From a virus, in the IMG/VR virus record IMGVR_UViG_3300030106_006480, positions 1 through 64,000 of that record: a stretch of 64,000 nucleotides of DNA, one strand, 5' to 3'. The translations under genes were made by a program, and so were the position numbers. This document shows positions 35,910 to 48,420 of this stretch, in pieces. The notes below the pieces were generated by a model that did no database searches, had not been told where the DNA came from, and saw nothing but the letters and a program-made list of their open reading frames with translations. How positions within the stretch are numbered: the stretch's first letter is position 1; each line of letters begins with the position of its first letter.

Positions 35910-38528
35910 ATGGCTTTGCAGGTAGGAGATCTAAACAGAGATCCGAAAGAAGGTGGGATAGATCCTCTATCGGTTGGAGTAGGAGTAGGATTAGCCTTAG
36001 GCGGTGGGGCATTAGGACTTAAATATAGAAAACAATTGGGTTTAGATCGCAATATACCAAAAGCAAAGAAAGAATCTAAAGGAATTCAATTAGATAACTT
36101 AAATACAGTTAGAAATGTAGGTAGAAAGCAAGAAGTTCCTGAATCAAAGGTAGTTGTTCCTGCACCTGAAACTCCTCAAAGAGTAAGTTCTTTTCCAGGT
36201 AAGGCTACTCCTGGTAGCGGGTTTAAAAACTTTAGTCAACAAGCAGATCGTTTACGTTTGGATGTCGGACGAATTGATAGCCTTCTCAAATCATTAGAAC
36301 CTGATGTAGCCAGAGAATATTCTCAAATGATGGCGACTGAAGCTAGTCGTCAGGCAGCATCTGTTAGACGCCAAAAAGGACAGATAGTAGATGACCTTAT
36401 TAAAGAGATTCGCGCAGAACCTCAATCATTTTTAAAAGATAAAGTACAAGAAGTTGGGATTACTTCTCAAGAGGCATCTCCTGCTCCTGAACGTATTTCA
36501 CTAAATACATTAACAAATCAATATGAAGCTCAAGGTGAACCTCGCGCTGCAATGCAAGCTGCTGATGCAGTACAAAGTGCATCTGATCAATTAGATTCTC
36601 GCGCTGAAGCTGTTGTTCAGCGTGACACAGATTCTGTTCGCTTAGGTAAACAACCGGTATTTACTGAAAAGCAACAACGTATATTCCGAGAAACAGCACC
36701 ACGCACTAAGTTAGATTCTCCTGAAGCAAAATTAAAAAGAGCTGCTTATCAGTTTGAACAGATGGATATGTCAGGTGGTTTGCCTGACGATCAAATTACA
36801 GCAGTTGGTCAAGCCATGGCCGAGGCGCGTTATGATCCAACACCTAGTGCCTATGACTTAACAGGAAAAATAGAAGATCTCCCAGGTGTACGTGAGATGT
36901 CGGCTAAACGCCGCAAAGAAGTGTTTGGTTCGAAACGTTTACCCCCAAGGGGAGCTTTTTCTGACAGTGATTTAAGTGGTATTAATCAAGAAGAGGCAGC
37001 AGAACGTATCATGGCGGCAGCTTCCCAAAAAGCAGGATCTTTAGATGAACAATTACTTTTAGATCCATCTACTCCCTATCAACAACTCAGACAAAGAGGT
37101 TTGTTAGGAAGTGTACCTAAGTTTGATCCTTCTACAGGTTATGTAGAAACTAATCCCACCATGGAGATTAGGCCAGGTGCTTCTGCTTCGATGAGTGATC
37201 GTCCAGGTAAAGCCCGTATTGGAATTGATACAGAATTTGAAACTAATTTGGGCACCGAAGGCTCAGCTTATCTAAAAGAAACTCTTGCAAATAAAGAAAG
37301 GACTAATAAAGCTTCAACATTACTTGCTGGACGTGTTGCAGAACTACAAGGACGTGCCTCTGGATCAGGACGTCAAGAACGTGTCGTAGATGGGTTAGTA
37401 CCTATCAGGACTTTTGAAGGCGAAGAAACTGCAGGAGTTTTTACAGATCCTTCAGGAAAAGTACGTTTGGTTGGAGAAGGACAGCGTCAGAGAGGAAAAA
37501 TAGAATCAACAGATATGAGTGCTACAGGTACACGCCAGCCAGGTGGCTTTGAAGAACCTAGTAGAAAAGAAATCTCTCCTTTAATTACTACTGCACCAAT
37601 GGCAAGAAAAGCCACTAACGAAGACCGTCTAATTACAGATAAGTTTGGTAGACAATTTGTTATTCAGAGTAAGTCAGTTGTTGAAGGAGCCCAGCCTTTG
37701 ATGGGGGTTAAAGGCGTAATTAAAACCCCAAGAGTCGGTGGTAAACCTGGTACAGGTGTTATGTCCTTTAAGTCTGATGCCAAGTCAGAACCTTTAAGTA
37801 TTAATCGTCAAATGGCTGAAGGTCTTGCTCAAGACGCAGCAGATACTTATGTAAATAATCCTTCTGCAAAACTAAAATTCTTGCAAGAAAGAAATCCAAA
37901 TGCTTTAAAAGGTGTTGAATTTCTTGAAGATGCAGGTAATGCTTTAGATTATAAAGATTTTATTATTGAATCTGTTGATAAAGGATTAAAACAGAAAGGG
38001 ATCCAATTAGATGTTCTTCAACCTGAAAAAACTAGTTCAGGTTCTTTTAATACTGCAGCAGCACATGCTTTTGTAGATGATCTTCTTAAAGTCTCTAAAG
38101 ATGTTCCAGTATATGCAAGTCCTTTAAAAGTTGATCCAGATACAGGTAATCCTGTATTGGACTTTAAAGGGCGCGTTCAAGGAGAGGGAGAGGCTAAACT
38201 TATGCCAGGACTTTCTAAAGGCGTTAGAGGTACTGGTGGCGTCGATCCAATGCAGATTGGAGATGACTATGAAGGCAATGTTGCTTATAACACTATTCGT
38301 GTTGAAGGTGGACGTACCCTTACTCCTGAAGAGGCCAGGCCACAGCCTTCTCCTGGAACTCCAGAAACAGCAGCTCTTTCAAGTATTCGTGAGCAAATGG
38401 CGAATGTTCAACCACGTACTGAACGTTTCTCGGTTCAACCTCGCGATACAGTAGAAGTTAATGATGATGCTATTCAAAACTTCTTAGCTAAACAAGCACG
38501 TCGTTACGGTTCATCCAGGAGGTCTTAA
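35910..38528 (+). CDS. Large putative internal virion protein
   Basis: 872 aa; N-terminal Gly-rich hydrophobic segment; first gene of the late arm. Confidence 0.6.
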   Translation: MALQVGDLNRDPKEGGIDPLSVGVGVGLALGGGALGLKYRKQLGLDRNIPKAKKESKGIQLDNLNTVRNVGRKQEVPESKVVVPAPETPQRVSSFPGKATPGSGFKNFSQQADRLRLDVGRIDSLLKSLEPDVAREYSQMMATEASRQAASVRRQKGQIVDDLIKEIRAEPQSFLKDKVQEVGITSQEASPAPERISLNTLTNQYEAQGEPRAAMQAADAVQSASDQLDSRAEAVVQRDTDSVRLGKQPVFTEKQQRIFRETAPRTKLDSPEAKLKRAAYQFEQMDMSGGLPDDQITAVGQAMAEARYDPTPSAYDLTGKIEDLPGVREMSAKRRKEVFGSKRLPPRGAFSDSDLSGINQEEAAERIMAAASQKAGSLDEQLLLDPSTPYQQLRQRGLLGSVPKFDPSTGYVETNPTMEIRPGASASMSDRPGKARIGIDTEFETNLGTEGSAYLKETLANKERTNKASTLLAGRVAELQGRASGSGRQERVVDGLVPIRTFEGEETAGVFTDPSGKVRLVGEGQRQRGKIESTDMSATGTRQPGGFEEPSRKEISPLITTAPMARKATNEDRLITDKFGRQFVIQSKSVVEGAQPLMGVKGVIKTPRVGGKPGTGVMSFKSDAKSEPLSINRQMAEGLAQDAADTYVNNPSAKLKFLQERNPNALKGVEFLEDAGNALDYKDFIIESVDKGLKQKGIQLDVLQPEKTSSGSFNTAAAHAFVDDLLKVSKDVPVYASPLKVDPDTGNPVLDFKGRVQGEGEAKLMPGLSKGVRGTGGVDPMQIGDDYEGNVAYNTIRVEGGRTLTPEEARPQPSPGTPETAALSSIREQMANVQPRTERFSVQPRDTVEVNDDAIQNFLAKQARRYGSSRRS

Positions 38529-38530
38529 TC

Positions 38531-38770
38531 GTGGCTAAAAAGAAAGAGCAACCCAAAAAAGAAAAGAAGAAAAAGTTTATCAAAGAGGCTATCAAACGTC
38601 CTGGTACCTTTACAGCTAAAGCTCACAAGAAGGGTATTACTTCTGCTCAGCTGCAACGTAATGTCTTAGATAATCCTGATGATTATGATGAAAAGACTGT
38701 TAAGCAGGCTAATTTAAGAAAAACCTTAGTAGGATTAAATAATAAAAGAAAAACTAAAAAGGATAGCTAA
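38531..38770 (+). CDS. Small Lys-rich protein
   Basis: 'FIKEAIKRPGTFTAKA...KQANLRKTL'. Confidence 0.7.
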   Translation: MAKKKEQPKKEKKKKFIKEAIKRPGTFTAKAHKKGITSAQLQRNVLDNPDDYDEKTVKQANLRKTLVGLNNKRKTKKDS

Positions 38771-39300
38771 TGGGATTTGATATACGTTTGAGTCGTCCAG
38801 AAGATTACATGGACGATGTGTCTAAATTCTTCCGTAGCCCACGGAGGCATAAAGTTGATTACAAATCTGCTTTTGCTAATAAGGCTTCGGAAGGCGAAGC
38901 ACCTTTTAATACCGGACGTTTGGGTTTTGAAGAATTAACTAAAAAAATGACAAGCCGTAAGTTAACTGAAAACCCTCGGCTTGAGTTTATAGATGAGATG
39001 GGAAATAATAAAGTGTTTGCGGGAATTGGGCGCTTTGATAAAGAAACGGATTATAACTTTGAAATAGGAAAACCTAATACTATTTTAAACTTTACTCAGT
39101 CACCTATATATAATCCTATGTGGGCAGAGACATATAAGATCAGTCCTACTGTTGAGACTAAAGTTGACAATCCAATGCCAAGTGTTCTTAATCCAGATCC
39201 CAATGGTGTTCTTCAAGCTTCTGCGGATACTCGATTGGAAAACGAATTAGAAGGTAACCTTTCAGTTGCTCAAATTCTGAGAGAGGGTAAGGAAGGTTAA
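38770..39300 (+). CDS. Hypothetical late protein
   Basis: 176 aa, TAATG coupling. Confidence 0.7.
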   Translation: MGFDIRLSRPEDYMDDVSKFFRSPRRHKVDYKSAFANKASEGEAPFNTGRLGFEELTKKMTSRKLTENPRLEFIDEMGNNKVFAGIGRFDKETDYNFEIGKPNTILNFTQSPIYNPMWAETYKISPTVETKVDNPMPSVLNPDPNGVLQASADTRLENELEGNLSVAQILREGKEG

Positions 39301-39325
39301 AATTAAATATAAATAGATAGATAAG

Positions 39326-42300
39326 ATGCTGGGAACATTAAGACCATTAGCTGGACGCCTTCTCAAATTTGCAGGGGGTGAACAGGCTCGCGGAGTTCTT
39401 CCAGCGGCTGCAATGAGTGGCGGGTTAAACGCTCTTATCACAACCGCTGCAACAGGAGATCCAGTTCGGGGTCTTACCTATGGTGTTGCTGACTTTTTAG
39501 GATCTTATCCAGCAACTCTTGCAGTCCGTGGGTTACGGCCTAAAGGAATGAGACGTGTAGAGGTTATGGATAAAGGTCAAGGTACTGGTAAGTTTACGAA
39601 TGAACCAGTGATTTCTCGTTTAGAACTTCCTGCGAACGTAGCAGCTTCTATTTTTGCTACTGAACTTGTTGCTGCTAATGATCCTACTCTTCATCAGGAT
39701 GCAACGGTTGCACAACAAAATGCACAACGAGCAGCTATTAATTCTGACTTAGCTTTATCCAATGTCTATGCCCCTGGTACGATGTATCAACAGCTAGCAG
39801 GTCAGGGAGTTCTTTACTGATGAACATCTTAAAAGGATTAGGAAAGGCTTATAAGGAAGGTTTTTCTAAATCAGTAGAAAACATGGGTCTTGCAGAAGGA
39901 ATTTCTTCTTCTGGTTATACCCCCCATAGTGCAGTACCAATTGTAGCTAAAGGTGCTTATGGGCAACTTGCACAACAAGGAATTGGTTTTAATACTCCTG
40001 TAAAACTTGTTGGTGCAACCACTGCAAGAGTTATGGCTGACCTTGGGCAAGATGCTACTCGTCATTTATATTGGCGTTATAACCATCCCATGGCAATTTC
40101 AGACAAGGTAGCTGAAAGTGCTTTTGGGGATCAGATGAAAAGATTTAATGCAGCACAGCGTGGGGCGATTAGTTTGGCTACGGTTGGCTTGCCGGTCGGT
40201 GCTTCTTTAGGAACATTTGATATTACCAATGTTGGTGAATTAGGCCGACCCAAAGGTTACGCTCAATCCTATGCAGAAAAGGGTTCGGAAGACCGCAGAG
40301 AAACTTCTCAAGTTGCTCCAGAACTTTTAGAACGATTTGTCCTTGGTCGCCAAGGGCGACCTCTGAAGTTTGAAACAGCTAAAGAAGATATTCCTGATTT
40401 GACAAAAGAAAGGTATTCAAATTATATGAATTACCTTTATAACGATAAAGGATTAGTAGGTGCAGGTCTAATTAAAGGGACAACTGAAAACCTTTATGGA
40501 GAGCCTGAACTGCGTATTGTTGGATTCCCAGTTGGTCTTCAGGCAGCTGGTGCATTGGCTGGTGGGACCCTAGCAGGTCGAGCTGCGCTCAAGACTTTAC
40601 CTAAAAATGTAGTAGAGACTAAAGGTAAGAGTCAGCAAGTAACAAGGCGTGTACCGTTGCCTGCAGGTAGTACGAGAAAGGTAGCAGCGATAGGAGGAGC
40701 TGGAGCACTGGCAGGGGCTGCAGTAGGTAAGTTAATTAACCGCGCTATTGCTACACAGGGTCAATCAGATTTACCTTCAACGCAAGAATATGGAATTACA
40801 TCGAATGAAATCACATCGATGCGTAGTGGAATCACACCAGAACGTACTTTAAATGGTAGTCCAGAAGGTGAACTTGTTATGGCTTCATTGCGTGGGTATG
40901 GGCCTTATCCTCAATTAGAAAAACTTGGTTTAAACACACCTGAAAAATTAGAGCGACGTAGGCAAGAATTAATTGCTTTGTATGATTGAAAGAGTTAGTT
41001 ATAATAGAATTTAAGTACTAAAGAATTTATTTTGTAGGATATGTACCCTTATCAAGTACCGACAAGTTTGGGGGGTGCCAATGTAGGTCTCGCTTCACCG
41101 CTTACTCAGCCTTTAGATCCTTTACTTGGTAGAGGGCAAATGAATTTTCAAAGTGGAGTTAATTTAGCAGGACCGACAGCTGAAGCTGGTGAAGATTTTC
41201 TTCAAAGGATTCTTAAAGCAAATCCAGGTGCAGACCCTAAAAAAATCCAAGAAGCATTAAAAGGTGCAGGTTCTAAGGCAAAAGGAGCACTTAAGGGCGC
41301 AGTAAAACCTATGCCTTTTGCCCAAGCACGTAGCTTTGGTGCTGGTCGTCTTGGTGTTGCAGGCGGTCTTCTTGCAGGTGGTTTAACGGCAGTTGATGCT
41401 CTTCAACAGGGTCGTCCTTTAGAAGCAGCAGTTGGTGGTACTGGTGCAGCCTTAGGAACGATTGGTGGTACCGTTTTAGGAGGAATGGCTGGCGGTCCTG
41501 TCGGAGCTTTTGTTGGCGGCTCTTTAGGAAGTATGCTTGGTGGCCAAGCAGGTACTGCAGCTGAATATATTAAGCGTGATATTACAGGAGATCCTATTCG
41601 TGGAAAGGATGATCTGAAGAATGAAATCGCTAGACAGCAAAAAATTGATGAATTGGAATCTAGCCGTTATCGGAACAATTTAGGGGTTTACACAAGTGCT
41701 GTACAAGACTTACAGCAGTTTAGTAATAACCAAGAATATTTACAGGCTCAACGGATGTTACCGTTGGTTAATAAAATGAAGAACCAAGAATTGGTTCGTC
41801 AACAGGCTCTTCTTGCAAGTCAAACACAATCTGCAGCAATGTTAGGAACACTAGCTACTGCAGGGGCCTTGGCTCAGGGACAGCAAAGGGAAACAGGTGC
41901 GATGATTCGTACCGCAATGACTTCCAACCCTTACGCTGGAGCTGTGCTTCAGGCACCTCAAATTAAGTTTGGTTGATCTTATGGAAATTAATCTTGCTGG
42001 TAATTATGGGGAACTCCTGAAAGATTTTAATCCATTAGGAGAAACTTTTAAGTCTCTTTCAACAGGTGTAGAAGCAGCGGATAATCAAAATTTGACTGAT
42101 CTATATTTTGCTTCAGAAGAAACAAAAACAAAACCTAATCCATTAGATCCTGCAGATAAGCCTAGACCAAACCTAGCAGGCACTGGATCTCTGGCAGATA
42201 TGGTTAGAGTTCTTGGCGAACTAGAAGAAAGAAAAACTAACAGGATGTTTGACCGGCTTCCTGAGTTGCTTGACTACAAAATGAAATTAGCCAGGTATAT

Positions 42301-43756
42301 GCAACAAATTGGCAAGGAATCTGTAGAGGTTGCTTATCAAAACCGTTTTGCATATGACAGAGCACCTCAAATGGTTGTTGATGCTTTGGCAAAACGTAAT
42401 ACATTTTTGCCTGAGATTGTTGCGTCACCTTTCCAATACACTGGTGGGGCTAGAGCATTAACAGCAGGCATGAGTGCCCGCGCTGGTCGTTCCGCTTATC
42501 CAACGAGGTTAACATAATGGAATTTACATCCCCGCTCACAGGAATAGATTATTCTTATTCACAGTTTCCTGCTGATTTTGATCCTGGGTTTGATATTGAT
42601 ATTAAAACAGGCCCTCTTGGTGGAGATGGAATAGATTTTGGTGCTTTGTTTAAACCAGCACAAACACAACCAAGACAACAAAATACATATAATTTAATCA
42701 GTCCCCAAGCGGCCTTAGGATTAGCAACTAATCTTGGAGCCCTGGGTGCTCGTAATCAACAAATGAGTGCAATGGATGCTAGGCGAGTAGCTCTTGCTGA
42801 TACGGCTTCTCAACAAGGCGCTTCTCTTGCCGGTGCTGCATTTATGAATGCATTAGATCGACAAGCACTTAATGATGTAACTGCCATGGATCTTGGTCCC
42901 CGTGGGCGTCAGTTATTCGCAAGAAAAGTACGCTCCAATACCCCTGGATCCGCGTACCAAAAGTTAGTGGCAGGTAGATTTGCATGATACATACCACTGT
43001 TAAAATAAAAAATAACGAGGGGTAAAAATGGGTTTTTTTGATGGTATAGGAGACTTTCTTGGTGATATAGGGAAAAAAGCACTTCCCGCAGTAGCTGGTG
43101 CAGCAGCTAGTGCTATTCCTGGTGTTGGTCCATTCGTTGCTCCGCTTGCTGCAGGTGCAACAAATGCATTGCTTGGCGGTGGAAGCAGCGGAGGCGGAGG
43201 CGGCGGTCAGGTAGCAGGTCGTTACATGCAGACAATGCAACCTAGTTTTCAAGATTATCCAAGAACTAGTTATAAAGATTTCATGACAGGAGATCTTGAT
43301 AAAGACGATTATAAAGACTTTAAAGACGATTTATCAGCAGGCGTTAGATCGGGTCAATTCAGTCCTTTTGAAGCTTACAGTATGGCTGTTGAAGCTAGAG
43401 GTAGGCCCTCTTCATTCTCTTCAAGCTTCTTAGATTACACGCCTTCTGATCAAGTGGGTTACGGTGCAGTAAAAGAAGCAGCAAAAATGTATGGTCAAAA
43501 CTTAAGCGATAAACAACAAGATAAACTATTTGAACGTGCTCTTGCTTCTGGAGCACGAGACTTTGGATCGATTATGGACTTCGCTCAAAGTTCTATTGGA
43601 TTAGATCCTAAATATCGTAATTATGGTCCTTTGATGAGAGAGCAAGAATTAGCCCAGGTGTATTATGGAAATATGATTCAGAATCCTACTGATCCGGGAC
43701 TTAAAACTAATAAATACAGTTATAGAACTCCCACTGGTTTTCTTGCTTCTTCTTAA
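39326..43756 (+). CDS. Cluster of Gly/Ala-rich putative ejection/internal virion proteins (39326-39820, 39820-40989, 41041-41976, 41981-42517, 42517-42987, 43028-43756)
   Basis: Glycine-zipper-like hydrophobic segments, Gln-rich coiled coils, coupled starts and stops. Confidence 0.6.
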
Positions 43757-43758
43757 AA

Positions 43759-44247
43759 ATGTCTATTCCTAATTATGATGATTTTATAGAATCAAGAGTG
43801 CGGATGGCCAAGCCATCTGCACGTAACGCTTATACATATCAAAAAGCTACTCAAGAATTTTTAAGTAAATACTTTGATGGTAAAGACTCTTCTGATAGCA
43901 AGAAGAGAGATGATGACAGGGATATAGATAGAGATAGAGATAGGGATAGGGATAGGAATAGGGATAGGGATAGGGACCGAAATCGGAATAACAATGATAA
44001 TGATAGAGATCAGGAAAAAATAGACAGACGGAGAGAGAAACGTGAACGAGAGCAAAAAGAGCAATTTGAAAATGAAATGTCAGAAGGGAAAACTCTCACT
44101 GAAATACAACATGAACATGAGTTCAATTTATTAACTCATAGGGCAGGGATTGCCAAAGAGATTTTGGCACTTGAAAATCATTACCAAAGAGAAAAAAATG
44201 AATTGAACACAATAGTTGGACTATTGGGAGGGATTTGGAACTCATAA
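43759..44247 (+). CDS. Charged protein with (RD)n tract
   Basis: DRDIDRDRDRDRDRNRDRDRDRNR. Confidence 0.7.
   Translation: MSIPNYDDFIESRVRMAKPSARNAYTYQKATQEFLSKYFDGKDSSDSKKRDDDRDIDRDRDRDRDRNRDRDRDRNRNNNDNDRDQEKIDRRREKREREQKEQFENEMSEGKTLTEIQHEHEFNLLTHRAGIAKEILALENHYQREKNELNTIVGLLGGIWNS
43921..43986 (+). repeat. Hexamer tandem repeat (GATAG[A/G])n
   Basis: GATAGA GATAGA GATAGG GATAGG GATAGG AATAGG GATAGG GATAGG. Confidence 0.85.
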
Positions 44248-44296
44248 GTATTGTATAGTTTAAAATATGTAAAGAAGATTCCATTAATCATTCATC

Positions 44297-45832
44297 ATGA
44301 CTCCAAAAGAGTATAGAGAGCGACTTAAGGCGATTAATAAAGATAAGTCCCTTAGTAAAGAACAGAAGCAGAGGCTGAAGGAAGAGTTAGCACAAGCTTT
44401 CTACGGTCCCAAAGCTGACTTGGGCCAATTCAATGAACTTCTTGGCAAGCTTGAAGGTTCTAAAATGAAGCAACAGCGTCAAAGATCTGTTGAAGGTCGC
44501 CGTGACATCTTTGCAGGTGGCTTAGCTTCCATGATGACTAACTTCTGATCAACTGAAGTAAATCAAAAATACTGCTGGATTTTAAATTTTTCTTGTCATG
44601 CTTGATCCTACTGATAAAGATAAAAAGAAAGATCAAGATGGAGATACGTTTAGTATCACCTCTGTAGATAAAGACAAGGATAAATTTACCACTCAATCTA
44701 ATCCAGCAGAAGATGATGATTACTTTGATATTGATAAGTACAGGGCTGCTGCTCAAGTAGCTTATGATTTCGGTAAACTACGTGAACAAGATCGTGGGGA
44801 TGAAGTCAGAAAAACAGCAGCCCAACAAGATGCTTTCAGAAAGCAAGACGAAGCCAGGGACGCCAAGCAAGCAGCTAAAGCGTACAAGTTCTGATATTGA
44901 TATCCAGGTCTTTGAGCATTGGCTTGAAAGCCTGGATGAACCAACTAGAGAATCTTTTCTTTCTTTTGCTAAAGAAACTTTTTCTGCTATTCAGGCATAT
45001 CTTTATTGCCGCTTCTTGGGATATGCAGGAAGTATTATTTGCGTAGAAAAATGGATAAAAGAAAACTATACGAAGCCTGATCATCTTAAAATTTTATTAG
45101 ATGAAATTGAGGAAATGAAAGAAGACATTAGGAAGCTTAGAGAAGATATTGAAAACTTTGCGGTAAAACGTGATGTGGGGGTATCTAGAATTGCAGCAAT
45201 GCAAAAGGAATTAAGAAGTACAATTGGTCAAGTGGATAGTTTCATGTCTTCTAAAGATAGAAAAGGATTACTAATGGCAGGAGCAGATCGTGCAATTAGA
45301 GAAATTACAAATATCTTTAAAGATGATCCAATTGAAGGACCTTTACAAGAAGCAGGAATGTCTGTATGGGCTAGAATGCAGTTTGAAGATTAATTATCAT
45401 GAATTTAGATCCTTACCAGATGACATCGATGCTTGGACAATTAGGAGATAATAGGGAGTTTGATTTGCAATCTCTAAGCCAAGTGGCTAATCCAGATGCA
45501 GATCCAGCCATGTTTCAAGAACTGTTGAATCGTACATCACCTGATGTTGCCCCCATGGTTGAAGAAGAAATTGATGAGGATATGGAGTAATGGCTAAGAA
45601 GAAAAAGATGCCGCCCGAAATGGTAGAGTATTTTAAAAATAAAAATAAAAAGAAAGAAGATGGTTCAGAAATGAACGATAAAGAAAAGCGTAAAGATGCA
45701 ATTAAGAATACAGATAAAAAAGTAGCTCCTGAAAAAGATATTAAAAAGCAAAGTAAAGAAGATAAGCTAGCTCTTCTTGAAAAAGCACGTAAAGCCAAGA
45801 AAGCTGCAAAAACTTATAAAAATAAAAAATGA
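44297..45832 (+). CDS. Small late ORFs upstream of terL (44297-44548, 44598-44894, 44764-45393, 45399-45590, 45590-45832)
   Basis: Packed plus-strand ORFs; 44764-45393 is helical and positioned like a small terminase (unconfirmed). Confidence 0.6.
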
Positions 45833-45871
45833 GGATATCGAGTACTATCTATTTAGTATTAGAAGTATAAA

Positions 45872-47398
45872 GTGCCTTCACATCTTCATTTAGCTTATAG
45901 ACGCAACGCTCAAGCCGCTGCAAAAAAACATCGGCTTAGAAAAAGCGGTAAAGAAGAGTTATTTGAAAGGGCAAGAGAAGATTTTGGGTTTTTCTGTGAA
46001 TATGTTGCAGGCAAACCTCCTGCAGAACATCATAAGGAATGGCATCGTCAATTAGTAACAAATGAAGCTAGTTCGTGCTTATTGAAAATTGCTGGACCTA
46101 ATGTTGATTTACTTGGTCCTAGGGGATCAGCCAAATCAACTGTGCTAGGTCTTTTTACTGCTTGGGCCATTGGTATTCATACTGCAGCCAAGAAGCCCTT
46201 ACAGATTCTTTACTTGTCTTATACGGTTGATATTGCACGTTCAAAATCAGCAACAATTAAACGTATTATTGAATCAAAAAAATATCAACAAGTTTTTCCT
46301 ACAGTAAAGCTACTTAAAAATGTAACGAGTAACGAGTACTGGTCTATTGACCATAAGTTTGCTGGTATTGATACAACAGGTGAAGAACAATTCACATTGT
46401 GTGCTGCTGGCTTAAAAGGTTCGGTTACTTCAAAGCGTTCTCAACTCGTTATTATTGATGACCCTATTAAGTCAGCTACAGATATCGCGAATCCAGATAT
46501 TCGCAAAATGATGGAAGAAAATTGGAATGCAGTGATCGCTCCAACTATGTTTGAAGGGGGTAGAGCAATTTGTTTAGGCACTCGCTTTAGGCATGATGAT
46601 ATACATACGACAACGTTTTGTCCAAATAATAATTGGAATCAGATTGTTTTATCTGCAATAAAGAATAATGAAGAAACGGGAGAAGAAGAATCATACTGGC
46701 CTTCCATGTGGTCACTTGATTACTTAAAAGAAAAGAAACGACAGGCCCCTGTGGCGTTTAGTTTTCAATATATGAATCAAGTTTTAAGACAGAGTGAATT
46801 GTCTTTAGCTCCAGAGTTATTAGTCAAAGCTGAAATTGCAACTGAATTTGACACCCTTGGTATAGGTGTTGACTTATCTGCAGGAACAAAAGAAAAAAAT
46901 GACTATACCGTAATGGTTTTAGGTGGCCGTATAGGAGACAAAATTCATATCATTGATTACAGGCGACTACGTGTAATGGGTAATTTAGAGAAGTTAGATG
47001 CAATGAAAGAATTAATGAATGATTGGTCAATCATAGGAAGACAACAGGATGGTACTTATTTCCCAACGTATTCAACATGTGATGTTTGGTCTGAAGCTGT
47101 ACAATATCAAGCTTCTTTAGAAGCAGACTTTAAACGAATATGTTTAAATCAAGAAGGGCTTTATAATTTAATTTGGCATCCTGTAAAAGGATTCCGTGCT
47201 GATAAGCTTGCACGCTTCAGAGGTATTATGGGAATGTTTGAAGACCGTAAAATAGTATTTAACAGGTACAGAAATTTCACTGCAATGTTTGAAGAGCTAA
47301 CTAATTTTGGAGTTAGTAGCCATGATGACTGCGTAGATGCTTTAGTTTGGCTTGTTAATGGTCTTAGTCGCAAAGGCAAACTTCAAGTTGATTACTAA
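45872..47398 (+). CDS. terL: Terminase large subunit
   Basis: 'PRGSAKST' Walker A, 'IIDDP' Walker B, 'GTRF', 'GVDLS', 'HDDCVDA' nuclease motif. Confidence 0.95.
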   Translation: MPSHLHLAYRRNAQAAAKKHRLRKSGKEELFERAREDFGFFCEYVAGKPPAEHHKEWHRQLVTNEASSCLLKIAGPNVDLLGPRGSAKSTVLGLFTAWAIGIHTAAKKPLQILYLSYTVDIARSKSATIKRIIESKKYQQVFPTVKLLKNVTSNEYWSIDHKFAGIDTTGEEQFTLCAAGLKGSVTSKRSQLVIIDDPIKSATDIANPDIRKMMEENWNAVIAPTMFEGGRAICLGTRFRHDDIHTTTFCPNNNWNQIVLSAIKNNEETGEEESYWPSMWSLDYLKEKKRQAPVAFSFQYMNQVLRQSELSLAPELLVKAEIATEFDTLGIGVDLSAGTKEKNDYTVMVLGGRIGDKIHIIDYRRLRVMGNLEKLDAMKELMNDWSIIGRQQDGTYFPTYSTCDVWSEAVQYQASLEADFKRICLNQEGLYNLIWHPVKGFRADKLARFRGIMGMFEDRKIVFNRYRNFTAMFEELTNFGVSSHDDCVDALVWLVNGLSRKGKLQVDY

Positions 47399-47622
47399 TG
47401 GAACATCTTTTAGGTGCAACAATTGCAGCAATTTCTGGCGGTGGCTGGTTTATCAGTAAAGTATTTGGGAGGATGCGAGTTTTGGAAGATCGTATTGATC
47501 GTATGCCTCTTGAGTATGTTTTAAAACAAGATTACATACGTGAAATGGAAAAGATGAATAGTGAATTTAGCGAAATCAATAATAAGCTTGATAAACTTGT
47601 GGAAAGATTACTTTCCAAATGA
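47398..47622 (+). CDS. Small TM + coiled-coil protein
   Basis: N-terminal hydrophobic segment; 'YVLKQDY...INNKLDKL'. Confidence 0.65.
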   Translation: MEHLLGATIAAISGGGWFISKVFGRMRVLEDRIDRMPLEYVLKQDYIREMEKMNSEFSEINNKLDKLVERLLSK

Positions 47623-47798
47623 GCTACTACATAGAAGTACAAGAAACTGAAAACGGAGATCTTTTTATTGAGCTTCCAGAAGAAATCATTGAAACCTTGG
47701 GATGGGAAGATGAAGACTTATTAACTTGGGACCTAAAGGGAAGTGGTTTTATTGTGAAGAAATTAAATGATGATTCAGGTTATGAGCAAGTAGAATAA
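47619..47798 (+). CDS. AbrB/MazE-like small DNA-binding protein; not in ORF track
   Basis: MSYYIEVQETENGDLFIELPEEIIETLGWEDEDLLTW. Confidence 0.7.
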   Translation: MSYYIEVQETENGDLFIELPEEIIETLGWEDEDLLTWDLKGSGFIVKKLNDDSGYEQVE

Positions 47799-47833
47799 TT
47801 AAAAAGTTTTAAATAAGTTAAATACAAGGTCTA

Positions 47834-48121
47834 ATGGCACAAGACGACTCAAAATATACAAAGCCAGGTCTACGCGAATCAATTAAAAAGCGTATTACAG
47901 CTGGTAGTAAAGGTGGCAAACCTGGTCAGTGGTCTGCGCGTAAAGCACAGATGGTCGCTGCTGAATACAAAAAGAAAGGCGGTGGCTATAAAGGTGGCGA
48001 AGGCAAGAAACAAAAAGATCTTAAGAAGTGGGGTAAAGAAGATTGGCAAACTAAAGATCAATATGAAAAAGGCAAGAAAGCAGCTAGTGCTGCTAAAAAA
48101 CACAAGGAGAAAAAATCATGA
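47834..48121 (+). CDS. Basic protein (DUF5872-like N-terminal half)
   Basis: 'YTKPGLRE...GGKPGQWSARKAQ...YKKKGGGY...KKWGKEDWQTK'. Confidence 0.7.
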   Translation: MAQDDSKYTKPGLRESIKKRITAGSKGGKPGQWSARKAQMVAAEYKKKGGGYKGGEGKKQKDLKKWGKEDWQTKDQYEKGKKAASAAKKHKEKKS

Positions 48122-48419
48122 AACACGCAAAAAAAGATTTAAAAAAGATTTCAAAACAACTAAAAGGCAGCGCAAAAACACACGCTGGGCAAGCTAAAAA
48201 ACTTGACAAGCTTGCTGGTAAGTATATGGAGAAAAAGTAATGGGATATACAGCTATTATTCTTGCTTGGATGATGTCTTGTTCTCAGTATCATGCAGCAG
48301 TAAATCGTTTATATTCTGATCCTTATTTTCAGAAACCTCAATACCATCAAGAACGCAAACAAATTCATGAGTTTTTCAAGACAAAAACTTGGCCTGAGTG
48401 CTTAGAGATGGAGACTTAA
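48118..48419 (+). CDS. Two micro-ORFs (48118-48240 basic; 48240-48419); not in ORF track
   Basis: ATGA and TAATG couplings. Confidence 0.55.
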
Positions 48420-48420
48420 T

